DNA of 63,249 bases, filler included, from Octopus bimaculoides (taxonomy: Eukaryota), in assembly GCF_001194135.2 (NCBI RefSeq). It is 4 parts of 4 records of this genome, joined end to end, with 100 filler letters (N's around TTAATTAATTAA, not from the genome) between each part and the next. Parts side by side here need not be neighbours in the genome. Positions count along the whole stretch, not along the records: positions 1 to 28,939 come from NC_068986.1; 3 more parts are not named here. The stretch is one strand, 5' to 3'. The notes below the pieces were generated by a model. That model saw only the letters and a program-made list of their open reading frames with translations. It was not told the origin of the DNA and made no database searches. Shown one piece after another: positions 11,505-25,571 of the stretch. The translations under genes and the position numbers were made by a program. Each line of letters begins with the position of its first letter. Position 1 is the stretch's first letter.

Positions 11505-13685
11505 TTTACTTAATTTATTTCTTAGCAATAAAAGTCTGCCTTATTAATAACGTCAATCAATAATTTCTTTCCATTTCATAAATTTCCAAACTGTACTGTA
11601 TGCGCCGCAATGAGATATATCCTTGTACATTAGGCGTGCAGATATCTCTGTAGGGCATCGTAGTTAATTGAAACTTGAAAGTTCCTTGTCTTACTGTACA
11701 CAATTATTATATATTTGTTACAAATACATATACACACACACTCACAAATGCGTACAAAGCACACATACACTCAAGCGCGCACACACAAACAGACATATAT
11801 ATATATATATATACATATGTTTCTAAGGGAAAGATTGACAGTGATTTAAAGTTTCGAATTGTTCGCCGTCATCAGACCGTGATAATGTTGAGCAAGCAGA
11901 GAGTTTCATGTCACTAGCCAAAATCAATCTTATTTGTGTAAAAGGTAACAAATATGTACCCTAAGAAAAACTATTGAGTAATCCATCTGGTTAATGTTAT
12001 ATCATTTATATTTATACTTTCATATAAAATCAAACACACACACGTATTCATACATGTATTTGTATATGTGTGTCTATGTAACTGGGTGAGTATAGAACCC
12101 GATAGCAAAAATGTGGAATACATTCGAAGTGAAATTCTTAAAAACAACAACAAACAAAACGAAATATGATTAAGCTTAACAAGTTTGAAAATTATTCCAT
12201 CAGTAATAATCCGTTCAATGATACACACAACGCCTATTAGAAAAGGAGGCGTGTCAAATATGTAATTCCCAGTGCTCAAGTAGCACTTATTTTATCGACT
12301 TTCGAAAGGGGCGAAAGCTAAAGTCGACCTCGTCTGAACTCGGAATGTAATGCCGGAAGAAATGCTGCTAAGCATTTTGTTTGGCGCATTAACGATTCTG
12401 TCAGTTCACTGTATTTATTTTACCAGTAATAATCCTTTCTACTTTAGACTCAAAGCCTGAAATTTTAGGGAGAGGGCTAGTCGGTTATATCGGAGCCAGT
12501 GCGCAACTGATACTTATTTTATCGACTCCGAAAGACTGAATGATAAAGTCGACATATGCGGAATTTAAACTCAGAACATAAGGACGGACGAGATTCCGCC
12601 AAGCATTTTGTTCGGCGTGCTAACGATACTGACAACTCGCCGCCTTATTTCGGCAATAATAATAACTACAGAATCGATCAGCTGCAGTAATGTTTGCCAG
12701 TTGGAAATATTCCTCAACGTCTGACAGATCCCCTCAAATTCTACACAATCTCCCAGTTAGAGTCAGGCTATAAATAAATGGGAATCATATAACTGAATGT
12801 TTATCGCTGTAATATTCAGAATACAATAGTAAATTATATCATTTTAATTTTTAGTTAGGAAGGAAGACTGTGTACCTTTACAGTCAATACAGAACGTATG
12901 AGACGAACGAAGGGAAGACAGTATCACAGAAGCGTTGAGCTGTCTCGAATGATTAAAAAATAGTTGGCTCTGCTAAAGGCACCACTCAAAATGCAAGGAC
13001 TAGGAACAAATACCGTGCCACAAGGCATTTAATCCGATATTCATACAATACCGCCAACCCCGAAGAGGAAAAAACTAAGTTGATCTTGACGGTTTTTGAA
13101 CTGAGTACAGAGAATCTAAGCATCTAAATTTAGGAGTCTCGATCTCAATTCAAAACGTATCATGACTGTGTGGTTCAGAAGCTCACTTAGTAACCACCAG
13201 CTTTTGAGTTCAGTCACACTGTACGACAACTTGGGCGTGTGTCTTCTATAAACCAATGACTAGTAAGCGAATTTAATACATAATAACTGTATATATATAT
13301 ATATATATNNNNNNNNNNNNNNNNNNNNNNNNNNNNNNNNNNNNNNNNNNNNNNNNNNNNNNNNNNNNNNNNNNNNNNNNNNNNNNNNNNNNNNNNNNNN
13401 NNNNNNNNNNNNNNNNNNNNNNNNNNNNNNNNNNNNNNNNNNNNNNNNNNNNNNNNNNNNNNNNNNNNNNNNNNNNNNNNNNNNNNNNNNNNNNNNNNNN
13501 NNNNNNNNNNNNNNNNNNNNNNNNNNNNNNNNNNNNNNNNNNNNNTTAGTTTATAAAACAAAGTCAAGGACTTTATTATTAATTTCTTTTGCTATAATGT
13601 AATTTATATTATTTCACCTCGTTATCTGTCTTGCATTTTAAACTTATGCCAGGATTGTTTTTTTTTTGTTTTTGTTTTTTCTCAG

Positions 13686-13925
13686 GGGCTATAAATACTT
13701 CTCTGTTTAAATATCCGAAGGGTTTTTCAAATGCCGACTATACCGACACTTCTTTCGTCCCCCTTTTTATTGATAAAAACTCGGAGATTTACAAGAAAGC
13801 TTTACAGATATGTAAAGCAGACGATAACGCTTGTATTTATGACTACATCGCAACTGGTGATGAAAGTATTGCTAAAGCAACTGAATCCCTTGATACGGAA
13901 GCCAGAGACGACTTCCAAGCTGCAA
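13686..13925 (+). CDS. Mucin-like gene exon 6 (post-VWD W..SLF.Y / C..CIYD region)
   Basis: ttctcag| acceptor and |gtaagc donor; WAINTSLFKYPKG...ICKADDNACIYDYIATGD; 240 nt, completes the split W codon from exon 5. Confidence 0.92.
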
Positions 13926-15245
13926 GTAAGCAATATTATTTTTCTACTCTTTTTCAGTTTCTATTTTCTGCCTTGTAACACACAACTAGGAAAATGTGTT
14001 TTGGCTGATCAATCTCAAAAGATCCACCCTAATAGCCGAAGATGATTAGTGGGGAAGGGGTCTTTGAATAATTTTATAACAGCATAAAAGTACCACAGAC
14101 AAGACAACTCTTCCGTTCTTGTTATGGTTCATATTCACCGTTATATTGGAGAATCTTGAGGTCTGTTTATGATGATGATGACGATAATCATGATGATGAA
14201 GATGTTACTGCTGCTGCTTCTGCTGATGATGATGGTGATGATGATAATAATAATAATGATCATAGTTTCCAATTTTGACACAAGTTAGGCGATCTAAGAG
14301 AAGGGAATAAGTCGATTCCATTGACTCGAGTACTTTACTGGTGCTCTAATTTGGCGACCCTGAAAGGATGAAGGCAAAATTGCCATTGAAAGGATTTGAA
14401 CGCAGAACGCAATGAGCCCTGAAACATTCTGTCTGACGCGCTAAATATTCTGCCAGCTCATCAGTTCCATAAAATAATACGCTATGAAGTAAGAGCGGTA
14501 CAACTTATAGTTATACTTTTATGACTCAGACCATTGCAGGATTCCTAGCAATGAAATGAAACGACCACGCATATGTATTCCATGATTATCACAGGTCAGG
14601 CCGTAAATAACATTTACAGCAACCACACTATGCGACTGTCCTTCGGTAATATGTGATGCGTACATACACTCATTATTACTATCTCTTGTATCTTCTATAG
14701 AATAAATATAATATCGTTTGAAATACGATTTCAGTGCAATTCTAGAATTGCTGAAGCGCCTGTACTAAGCAAATGAGCTCAGCCGAACAGGCATCAGTCA
14801 CTATCATGATTGATGGAAACAGAGGCTAATACTTCACCGCGTTCATTGTACAGGGTGTAATTCATGAACCAGATTGGCTTTGGCTATTGTCGGGATTATA
14901 CTATTTCAGAGGATATAAATTAAGATGGTAGCTCATTTAGCTTTCGCAAGTTATGTGAGCTAAAGTGGATATATTTAAACCTTCTCTGTTCCACTGATAT
15001 CTTTATTAAGATAACCAATATTACGTTATATGCCGACTAATAATTTCAGTAATTTCCCCATAAATTTCGGTAAGGTAGTATATACAGGGAAGATAAAATT
15101 TTAGATGTTTCGAGAAAAGTTGTTCATCAGAGAGAGAAAATATCTTTTCAAAAACGTTTCACCGACAGACAAATATTAGTTTCCTCGGCTTTTAAATTAC
15201 TTTTTTGACAGCAAGATTATTGATAACAATTCTGTTTTATCACAG

Positions 15246-15453
15246 GAAACACTGCTCCTGAAATTTCCGGTGAAGAAACTATCAAAATAATTATAAATCA
15301 AACAACAACTGCCATTCTCAATGTGACAGATGCTGAAAATGATACTTTCAGAATCCTGAAGCAACAAGGTAGCGAGTATTTTAATGTCAGTAAAAACGGA
15401 TCCGATATTACATTATCAATATATTTGATGCATTCAAATGCGGTTAATATCAG
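15246..15453 (+). CDS. Mucin-like gene exon 7 (beta-rich linker, N-x-x-P-x-I start)
   Basis: cacag| acceptor and |gtgagt donor; RNTAPEISGEETIKIIINQTTTAILNVTDAENDTF; 208 nt, phase 1 to 2. Confidence 0.85.
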
Positions 15454-16195
15454 GTGAGTTAAAGAGGAATTTCTATCCATATTATTTCTTTTTACCATTG
15501 ACACAAATTGAAACTTTGTAGAGCTCTTAGATTGTTAGAATACTGTTGTTCTTGTTCGATTTGGTGTGGCAGAAGACTTCATATCGAAATGACTTGAGCT
15601 TTGAAACTTCTGGAGAAATTAACCCTGAAACTTTTCGTTGTGCATGTTTGATAGAGCAATTTTCATTCTATATAGACTAAGGTTCTTCATCGAAAACTCA
15701 GCCCTAGTTTTTGACAGTTAAACAGTATTAACAGTGACTTTTATTGCAATTGAAACCATAAACGTTTAACTAATGCTAATACAGAAGCACTTAATATAGT
15801 TGAAACAGTAATAAAATAAAATCAGTTAGTCTAACCATTGCTATCATTAAATTACTTAATTTTATGCAGTGATAAAATTATATTGTTTGATTAACCAGTA
15901 ATAAAGACCAAATCAATTGAATTTAATGAAAGCTAAAATTAATCACTTAAGTGATAAAAATTAAATAACTTCAGTTTAATTAGTGGTAATATTAAATTGT
16001 TTAATTTTACCGAATGATGTACTTGAAATTTAATCAGCGATAAATTTTAACTACTCCAGAAATACATCCATATGGAAGTACATATATACATACATACATG
16101 CATACATACATACATACATACATATATGCATATTTACATACATACATGCATACATACATACATACTACATACGTACATACATATTTTACATACAT

Positions 16196-16262
<67 letters not shown>

Positions 16263-16518
16263 CGCTATCGTACGTCAAATTCAACTTGCGTTGAAAGTCA
16301 ACAAAGTTTGCTTTACAAGCGTTGATATGTATTGAAAGCTACAGATAAGGAAATAATTTATTCTCAAACACAGTAGAATGCTACAATAATAGCATGAACA
16401 GGATACAATATCGATATTTTGTAGAAAAATCTGTCAGTGGTTAGCCATGAGACTCGAACTCACGGTTCGTGTCTCATGGCTATTGTATTAGTATTCTTCT
16501 GCGTTTGAGAATAAAGTG

Positions 16519-16560
<42 letters not shown>

Positions 16561-17089
16561 NNNNNNNNNNNNNNNNNNNNNNNNNNNNNNNNNNNNNNNN
16601 NNNNNNNNNNNNNNNNNNNNNNNNNNNNNNNNNNNNNNNNNNNNNNNNNNNNNNNNNNNNNNNNNNNNNNNNNNNNNNNNNNNNNNNNNNNNNNNNNNNN
16701 NNNNNNNNNNNNNNNNNNNNNNNNNNNNNNNNNNNNNNNNNNNNNNNNNNNNNNNNNNNNNNNNNNNNNNNNNNNNNNNNNNNNNNNNNNNNNNNNNNNN
16801 NNNNNNNNNNNNNNNAAGTACAGAACATCACCATCGAGTGAAAAATACGTAAACACAGAGATAACTACGAGACAAAATGCCAAAAGATGTCTAACTCCTC
16901 CTCAGTTGTCGACTGTTTATTACAACTTGTTATGCGCATTCAATGACAACACAAGAAAGCTTCATATGACAGTAGCATCCAGAAATTAAGATAATATAAA
17001 ATTTGTGGAAAGTTAAGACTTCGAACGAACAAAGGACACCAGAGTGGATATGCAGAGCAAACAGTCGATGAATACAAACATTAACGGTC

Positions 17090-17978
17090 GTTAAGCCAAG
17101 ACGAATTGTAATGGGTAAGGCCTGGGAGACTTTTGAAAGGATATAGAATAAATAGAAGAGAAAAACACGGCTGTTGATGCTGTTGATAGTGTTGATGCTG
17201 ATGATTCTGAAGCCGGAGCTGTTGGTGGTGATGCTGCCACTGGAGTTGGTGGGTGCGTCGGCAGCGTTACTGCCCCCCCACCGCGTGTGTCGCTGGTGAT
17301 GCACCTGTTGATGTTATTCATGCTGTCGATGTTGTTGCCATTTTTGCTGCTGTTGTTGCTGTTGTTGTGGTTGCTGCTGCTGTCGTCGACGATTCTTCTG
17401 CTATTGTTGTTGTTGTTGTTGTTGGTGCTGTCGTCGACGATGTTGTTGCTGGAGTCGGGGCCGTTGGTGCTGGTGTTGGCGTAAGTGAGGGTGGTGGCGG
17501 TGCGGTGGCGTTGGTAATGTTATTGCCAGTTATGGATGTGGCTCTGTAGTTGTTAACACTGTAGCCAGAGGTGTTATTGTTATTGTTGTTATTGCTATCT
17601 TCTCCGGTCTTGGGGTTACCTTTACCCGTTGGTCAGGGTTACCCTGATTCGCTTCTATTCCGGTGCCTCCATTAGTGTCATTGCTGTTGCTGTTGTTGCT
17701 GATATAGTTGGTGTCGACACTGTGTATGTTTCTGATACTATAATCAGGGGTGCGAGGACTGTCAGTGGGTGCGTTATCATGTCTGATATTGGGGAATCTG
17801 TTGATAAGGCTGGTGTTGGGGGCGACGTCACTGTGGTTGATGCTAGTGATGGTGCTATCGGTGTAGTAGTCGGCACTGTTTTTGATGTTGCAGTTGTTGA
17901 CGTCACAGAGGCTTCTCGCTGCGGTGGTAGTTGTGACTTATATTGCCGGAATCTGTGTCTGGTTTTGGTAGAATACAC
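17090..17978 (-). pseudogene. Decayed Pro/Thr/Ser-rich (mucin PTS-type) ORF, antisense within intron 7 of the mucin-like gene
   Basis: N-C-N codon periodicity across about 290 codons, e.g. SVTSTTATSKTVPTTTPIAPS and PSLTPTPAPTAPTPATTSSTTAPT; several stops and frameshifts. Confidence 0.45.
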
Positions 17979-18956
17979 TTGTTTATTTATAATACTACTT
18001 TAACGAAAAACAGCGTGAAATTATTTGCTGACTTTGCAGATAGTAGCTTTTGGAAGAATTCTTTTCTAATGATCAGGGATTTGGATATATAAAATATTTC
18101 TGATATCTTCAAAGATATCTAATGTATGTCACCGATCTGAAAGACCCATTCTTATTCATAAACTGATTGCGTTGCTGATTATTCTAGGTCTCATGATGGT
18201 AATTGAATATCACTTTAATACTTAGATTCACAATCTTTGTTTATGATTCAAGCAACTTCCACATAAATAAACCAATAAAACACAACATTTATCTTAATGA
18301 TCACAAAATATTAAAATTCTTACTAACACTTGAAAACTTTTGGTCACCGGTGTACTGCTTCCCTTTCCTACCTATTTTATCGCTATTAGGACACTGTTTC
18401 ACTAATGTTCACGCTCTGTAAGCACAAAACTCTCAAATGTTTTCCTGAATATACTTTTTCTGGAAACCAAATGATATGGATAAAACTGTAAAATCACAGG
18501 TTTGTGCAATCATTGTAGACCTGCTAAGAAATAGCAGACACACCAGAGACAGCAGAAACATCATCCTAATCCTCCTCCTCCTTCCATCCTCCTCCTCCCC
18601 CTTCCATCCACCTCCCCCCTTCCTCCGCTTCCTCCTCCTCCGCTNNNNNNNNNNNNNNNNNNNNNNNNNNNNNNNNNNNNNNNNNNNNNNNNNNNNNNNN
18701 NNNNNNNNNNNNNNNNNNNNNNNNNNNNNNNNNNNNNNNNNNNNNNNNNNNNNNNNNNNNNNNNNNNNNNNNNNNNNNNNNNNNNNNNNNNNNNNNNNNN
18801 NNNNCCTCCTCCTCCTCCTCCTCCTCCTCCTCATCATCATCATCATCACCAACATCAACGACAAGGTTTCAAGATAAGTGTTGAAATAGAATAATGGAAA
18901 CCTTTGTTGTATGTTTTATCAATGTATCGATTGATATTGGTATACTTCTTTTTCAG

Positions 18957-19120
18957 CATTGTTGCTAATGATGACAAAAATGCATCCTCTGCCGAATTCA
19001 TTATGACTATTATGCTGTGCAGTGGATGCTCTGGACACGGAAACTGCATCGAAGATAACCCTGTAATCAGAACAGAAAACTTTGTTCTGCAATCATGTAA
19101 CTGCGAAGATGAATATGCGG
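18957..19120 (+). CDS. Mucin-like gene exon 8 (first EGF-like)
   Basis: ttttcag| acceptor and |gtgaga donor; LCSGCSGHGNC...SCNCEDEYAG; 164 nt, phase 2 to 1. Confidence 0.92.
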
Positions 19121-19519
19121 GTGAGAATTATAAACTGTTTGAATAAATTCATATGAAGATTTTATTTATAATACCCTAATGTTATTGTGATAAAACGATT
19201 GCTGACTAAAAATATGTAGATTTTTCTGAAGAAGAATTCCTAAATTTGGAATAGTTTAAATACCAGATAATAGAACTAAACATCGACCCAGTTATAAAAC
19301 ATGAATAATTATTCATGTTTTATAACTGGCATTGTTTTAGTTTTAAAAATATGATAATATACGTTATTTCATTATGAATACTATATCAAAGCAATATTAC
19401 ACTTTTGTTTAATAAATAAATCAACTTCAGTAAAGCATTGGATTGAAAACCAGTCCGAAATTATTATAAATTCTCTAAAAATTGTCGTTCTAATAATAAA
19501 ATTACGTTTTAATCAACAG

Positions 19520-19684
19520 GTGATAACTGTGAAAAAAACCTTGATGGATGCAGAGGTGATCCTTGCCCTGGAATAGGAACATGTTTAGACTTAAGTCCAG
19601 AAGAACACAGAGCCCGAAATACATCTTTCCGGTGTAATTGTCCACTGGGTTACGTTTTGAACAACGCAACATTCCGTTGTCTAG
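19520..19684 (+). CDS. Mucin-like gene exon 9 (EGF-like)
   Basis: caacag| acceptor and |gtaaca donor; GDNCEKNLDGCRGDPCPGIGTC...CNCPLGY...FRCL; 165 nt. Confidence 0.92.
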
Positions 19685-20597
19685 GTAACATTTGTCAACT
19701 CACAATATTCTGATCCTAACACCCCCCAAAAAAAAAAAAAAATTCAATTCACTTCATCTCAATACATTTTTAATTTATTGTATAGAAGATTTCTTTCTGA
19801 TCCAAAGAACAGTACCTGCAAGTGCTTAAACAGTAATTAATAAACTAAGCATAAACTGCAATTAATAATCAATAAACTAAATTTATGATAACTGACAAAT
19901 TTATTGTACTAACTCAGTTACAATACCTATACATTTATAATACAGTAAAGTAGAAATATGGATACAGTAGAAAAATTATTTTTAGCATTTCTGTTTTTCT
20001 CTTCTCTTACAAGTTTCAATAGCATTAAGCTCAAATATTATTTTCAACATTATGGAGGCAGTCAAATAATTACTATGTATATACTGGGTCGAAATTGTCA
20101 TCTAATCATAAAGAAACCCTATATAATAATACACAGAGTTTGTATATTTTTATACGGTGACTCTGATAATACTATCGACTATAACGAGCTGGGAGGGAAT
20201 TGTGAGGTTAAAAAATTAACCACATCTATGTGCTTTCCATCCAGTCTAGCTATGCTGTATTGATGGAACCATCATTTACAACAGCCTCGAATCAGCCAAA
20301 TCTGAGTGAGTGACATTCATAAGACATTGTATTGAAATCTGTGAGAACATATCTTTCTGTTTTCGTGTAATGATATTCATTCATTGCTATAAAAATTATC
20401 TCTGCATCAGCAGCTTTTAACTATGTTTTTTAAGCACAAAACAAGTTATGAAAAATTAAAATTTGGCAATAGCTCCTTTCTCCTCGCTTTAATGCTATTT
20501 TCGGAGGCTACGAAAGAGTTAAGTCCTGGGATCGAATTGTACAACTAAAGGTGGTGCTTCAGCATGGCCGTGGTCTAATAACTGAAAGAAGTAAAAG

Positions 20598-20653
<56 letters not shown>

Positions 20654-20829
20654 NNNNNNNNNNNNNNNNNNNNNNNNNNNNNNNNNNNNNNNNNNNNNNN
20701 NNNNNNNNNNNNNNNNNNNNNNNNNNNNNNNNNNNNNNNNNNNNNNNNNNNNNNNNNNNNNNNNNNNNNNNNNNNNNNNNNNNNNNNNNNNNNNNNNNNN
20801 NNNNNNNNNNNNNNNNNNNNNNNNNNNNN

Positions 20830-20866
<37 letters not shown>

Positions 20867-21977
20867 TACATAGATATAATAGATATATATATATGCATAC
20901 ACAGATATATCAAAATAAGCAACAAGAATATCCAGTAGTAATGCAGTACGATCGTTTCACGCAACTCCATTTAATTGAACAATGCAACCATTACATCAAT
21001 TTAAATGCAGAGTAATCCTTAGCAGCACAAAGACAAAGAATTTAATTAAACTAAAAGAGATGGACACGTTTGTATAATTTTATCTCAAATCTCCAAAAAG
21101 TTAAGGAGATAGACAAAGAACATGCTGCCTTCACTTCCATTTAGAAGCTACTCAGGTATCAGGAAGAACGACTTGTTACAGATTTTACTTATCACTGTTT
21201 TATGGGGTCAGATTTAATTTACAGACTAGTTTTTTTCAATCTTAAGAATATTATTTCTCTTGCTCATATTTTTCCATGTAATTCATATTTTTTCCAGATT
21301 ATGCTATTATGATAATTAATAATAATGTGTCAAATGTGTCAATTAGTGGTGTCGCTGATAATTTTTGCTTACCTCAATGACGCCGGTGACACATATTAAA
21401 AGTCCCTTTATAGAAGTATATTCATAAAAAGTATAGGTCTACATTATCATCCTCAAATTTGAGAAACGAACGCTCATAAATCAAGTGATTGATACCATGA
21501 AATTCTTGGTATTGAGCCCAATCATTTAAGCTTAATTTTTAAAATAAAACTGTTAATTTTACTTAAACCCAATTATTTGCCTTACTTATTTTTTCATGAT
21601 ATTTTACTTCACAATTGTTTTGATACAAAATGTTGTTGCATGGGACCAAAACTATGAAATTCTTCATAATTTTTCCTACCATTGAAGCTTAGATAAATAT
21701 ATTTTGCTTTTAAAATAATAAAGTTATTAAGATCTAAATTTGATTGTTGGCGTTATTTACTCTCCTATAACGTTGCTACAAATTTTGATCTAAATTTTTT
21801 CTATGGGATCAAATCTCAATTTTTAATGCCAAAATGTAGCTAGGGACCAGTCCTCTTCACAAATGTTAACGGTTTTCAGTTTGGATGAGAACTGAATTAG
21901 CGACAAGCTCTGAAAGGTGCTGCGTGTAAGTAAATTGCGGCCTTAAGAATATTATTTTCTTTGATTCTTTTACTTAT

Positions 21978-22367
21978 TTCAGTCATTTGACTGTGGCCAT
22001 ACTAGAGCATCGCCTTTAGTCGAATAAATTGACCCCAGGACTTATTCTTTGTAAGCCTAGTACTTATTCTATCGGTCTATTTTGCTGAACCGCTAAGTTA
22101 CGGGGACGTAAACACAACAGCATCGGTTGTCAAGCGATGTTGGGGGACAAACACAGGCACACACGCACACACACACGCACACACACACGCACACACACAC
22201 GCACACACATAAATATATANNNNNNNNNNNNNNNNNNNNNNNNNNNNNNNNNNNNNNNNNNNNNNNNNNNNNNNNNNNNNNNNNNNNNNNNNNNNNNNNN
22301 NNNNNNNNNNNNNNNNNNNNNNNNNNNNNNNNNNNNNNNNNNNNNNNNNNNNNNNNNNNNNNNNNNN

Positions 22368-22416
<49 letters not shown>

Positions 22417-22565
22417 TACGACAGGCTTCTTTCAGTTTCCGTCTACCAAATCCACTCACAAGGCTTTGATCGGCCCGAGGCTATAGTAGAAGACATTTTC
22501 CCAAGGTGCCACACAGTGGAACTGAACCCAGAACCGTGTGGTTGGTAAGCAGACTACTTACCACA
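21978..22565 (-). mobile_element. SINE family A copy with gapped internal microsatellite
   Basis: Same 5' and 3' halves as the 4322-4712 copy. Confidence 0.8.
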
Positions 22566-22882
22566 CACACACGTATATTTATATGTATTGTACCTTGTAA
22601 TTGAATATATATATATATATGCACACACACACACACACACACGCACGCACATACTAAGGGGAATCAGAAAGTATTGAAATCTTTATTCGCATCACTTGAC
22701 TCACCTCGTATATGCATGTGTGTTTCGTGTTTGTTAAGTTTATGTGAGTCTGTGTGTCTATCTGTTTGTGAGAGTGAGCTTGACTGATTTCATTAGAATT
22801 TTAATTAACACTATTTAACGACCATGCGGCTTTGGACGAACATTTATATTCAATGATAATTTTATTTTCTTCATTCGGTCAG

Positions 22883-22999
22883 ATATAAATGAATGCGATT
22901 CGAATTTAACCTGCGAACACAGTTGTATAAATACGGAGGGCAGTTTCAAATGTTCGTGCCGGTCTGGTTATCAACTTGTTAATGATACACAATGTGAAA
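22883..22999 (+). CDS. Mucin-like gene exon 10 (calcium-binding EGF)
   Basis: cggtcag| acceptor and |gtaggt donor; DINECDSNLTCEHSCINTEGSFKCSCRSGYQLVNDTQCE; 117 nt; too short to appear in the supplied ORF track. Confidence 0.93.
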
Positions 23000-23227
23000 G
23001 TAGGTATCACTCCAATATTTGGTCTTATTGCAAGTGAATTTTCTTTTGTAAACATGTTCCTAGAAAAGGTTTTCATCTATATTATGGTAAATATATGCAT
23101 ATTCACTCACACGCACACAAACATATATATAAGTGTGCGTGTGTGAGTGCGTGTGTAGTTTTATACATTTACGTACATATGTATGTATATATATACACAC
23201 ATATATATACACTTATATATATATATG

Positions 23228-23277
<50 letters not shown>

Positions 23278-24941
23278 TAAGTGTTTCTATATTGTAAATG
23301 GCTCATTGTTTCTGAACTTATTCTACTATGCATTCTACGATGGTTTCTGTTACTCAGAAAATAGTTTCCTGTCCAGCATTATTTCTGAGGCATACTCTTC
23401 TTTCTTTATCGGAATTACTTTGTTGCTACTCAAAGGGAGAGACACAACAATTTCGGCGTATTAAAAATACCGAGTATTCAAAAGCAAAAGGCACACAGGA
23501 CGCAAAGAAAAAGAGAAAATACGTTAAGCGTTAAAAATGAATGCAAGGTTCCCAAACCATCAAATTGTGATAAAATATTTATTTATTCATATTTTATTAA
23601 ACTTTTTTTGAAACAAATGACTTCAAGAATAATAATTTGCAGTTGAACCAATGTATTTTAAGATTTTAATCTAATATCAGGAAAACCGGGATATTATTTA
23701 TTGATTGAAGTATTATTACTGAGATATTGATTAAAAAAACCCATTAAAAACTATTGAAAACTGATCTACAGTAGAGTCTGATATAACTTTACCAATTATT
23801 TTAATATATGAAGAACTGAAATTGCATAACGCAACAGTTGTTTTATGCAGACTATTCACGGCAGAGATGATTTAAAAAAAAGTAAATATCAAAATAGTTC
23901 TTTTACTATATTGTATTTACTTAATGAAGATTTGTCGACAAAAGTGCATCGGTAATTCGGTATCACAGAGAAAGTGAACCGTCAATGCATAATGTTAAAT
24001 AATCCTTAAACGTTTAAATATGTTTATGAATGGCTCAAACATCTGTTGAAAGAATTTGACCATTATTAATAAACCAGCAGGACATACATGTATCGAAAGA
24101 AAAATTTTAAAAATTTTGAGACAACGTGAAATAATAATTTTTATGGAATATCCCGAAGCACACACATAAAGCTATCAATAATAGCATGTAAATATTAGTT
24201 TTAAAATCTCTTTTGGATAGAAACAGTCAAACAACTGCCATACATATAGATGTCTTTTCGTGTCCCACAAGCAGATTTCGTCTTTTTTCTTTTCAAATGA
24301 AATTTTTTCAACCCAATATTTATATATTGTTATTTATAGATCCATGTGTTTTCTTCGAGATTTTCGAGAAAAGCATTGATAAATGCTTTGATTAATTCAT
24401 TCTAAATGGAAATACAGTAAGTAGTAATGAATCAACAATTAACTGATATTCCGCCTGTTACGAAGAAAAGTATTCAAGTTGATCCGATCGACAGAATATT
24501 CTGATCGTGAAATTAACGTGCAAGTGGCAGAGCACAACACCGACACGCGCACACTTAGTGTAAATCGCAGACATATTAAACGTGACACAATAAGAGAAGG
24601 GTGTCTTTACCAGATGATTGAACTGGAGCAACATGAAATAAATTGTTTCACTCATGAACACAATGAGACATCGGTAATCGAACTGATGACTTTGTAATTG
24701 TGAACCAAATAATCTAATCACTAAACCTCGGGATTTTTCCAATGAGTCAACAATATTGTAATAAAGAATACAACAATCTTTGATCTAATACCAGAGCTAT
24801 GAATGATGAAAATATTATTCTTTCTTCTCTTTGGGCATCAATTTAATAGTTAATTAATAGTTAATTGCAAATAATTTTAAACGCCAAATAACAAAATTTA
24901 AAGCGAATGAATCTAATTTCGAGATTTTACCTAAATTTCAG

Positions 24942-25076
24942 ATATCGATGAATGCAGTCTCAGCACTTATAAATGCAAACAATTATGTAATGATACAGAG
25001 GGTAGTTACACCTGTGATTGCTACGAGGGATATTCATTAGAAAGCGATGGCAGCTGTACACAGAATAATATTTCAA
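24942..25076 (+). CDS. Mucin-like gene exon 11 (calcium-binding EGF)
   Basis: aatttcag| acceptor and |gtaaga donor; NIDECSLSTYKCKQLCNDTEGSYTCDCYEGYSLESDGSC; 135 nt. Confidence 0.93.
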
Positions 25077-25142
25077 GTAAGATATATTACTGCTATACAA
25101 AATATTTTCCTTACATTCAATTTAGTGATGTTGTTATCAAAT

Positions 25143-25410
25143 GAAGGCGGTGAGCTGGCAGAAACGTTAACACGCCGGGCGAAATGCTTAGCGGTATTTC
25201 GTCTGTCTTTACGTTCCGAGTTCAAATTCTGCCGATGTAGACTTTGCCTTTCATCCTTTCGGGGTCGATAAATTAAGTACGAGTACGCAACTCGTACTCA
25301 ATTCGTACTCGTACTGAGGTTGATCTAATCAACTCGTACTGAGGTTGATCTAATCGACTGGCCCCCTTCACCAAAATTTCGGGCCTTGTGCCTAGAGTAG
25401 AAAAGGATGT
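25143..25410 (+). mobile_element. SINE family B copy with internal tandem duplications
   Basis: gaaggcggtgagctggcagaaacgtt...tttcatcctttcggggtcgataaattaagtac; duplicated aactcgtactgaggttgatctaatc. Confidence 0.8.
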
Positions 25411-25486
25411 TATCAACGGATGCAGGAAATCTGACAGAAACTATTAGCAATGGCACACACACACACACACANNNNNNNNNNCAATG

Positions 25487-25571
<85 letters not shown>

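Noticed and set aside
17253-18003. Val/Ala-rich + strand ORFs as extra exons of the mucin-like gene
   Set aside because: They are the antisense shadow of the Thr/Pro-rich text, and exons 7 and 8 already join in phase 2 without them.
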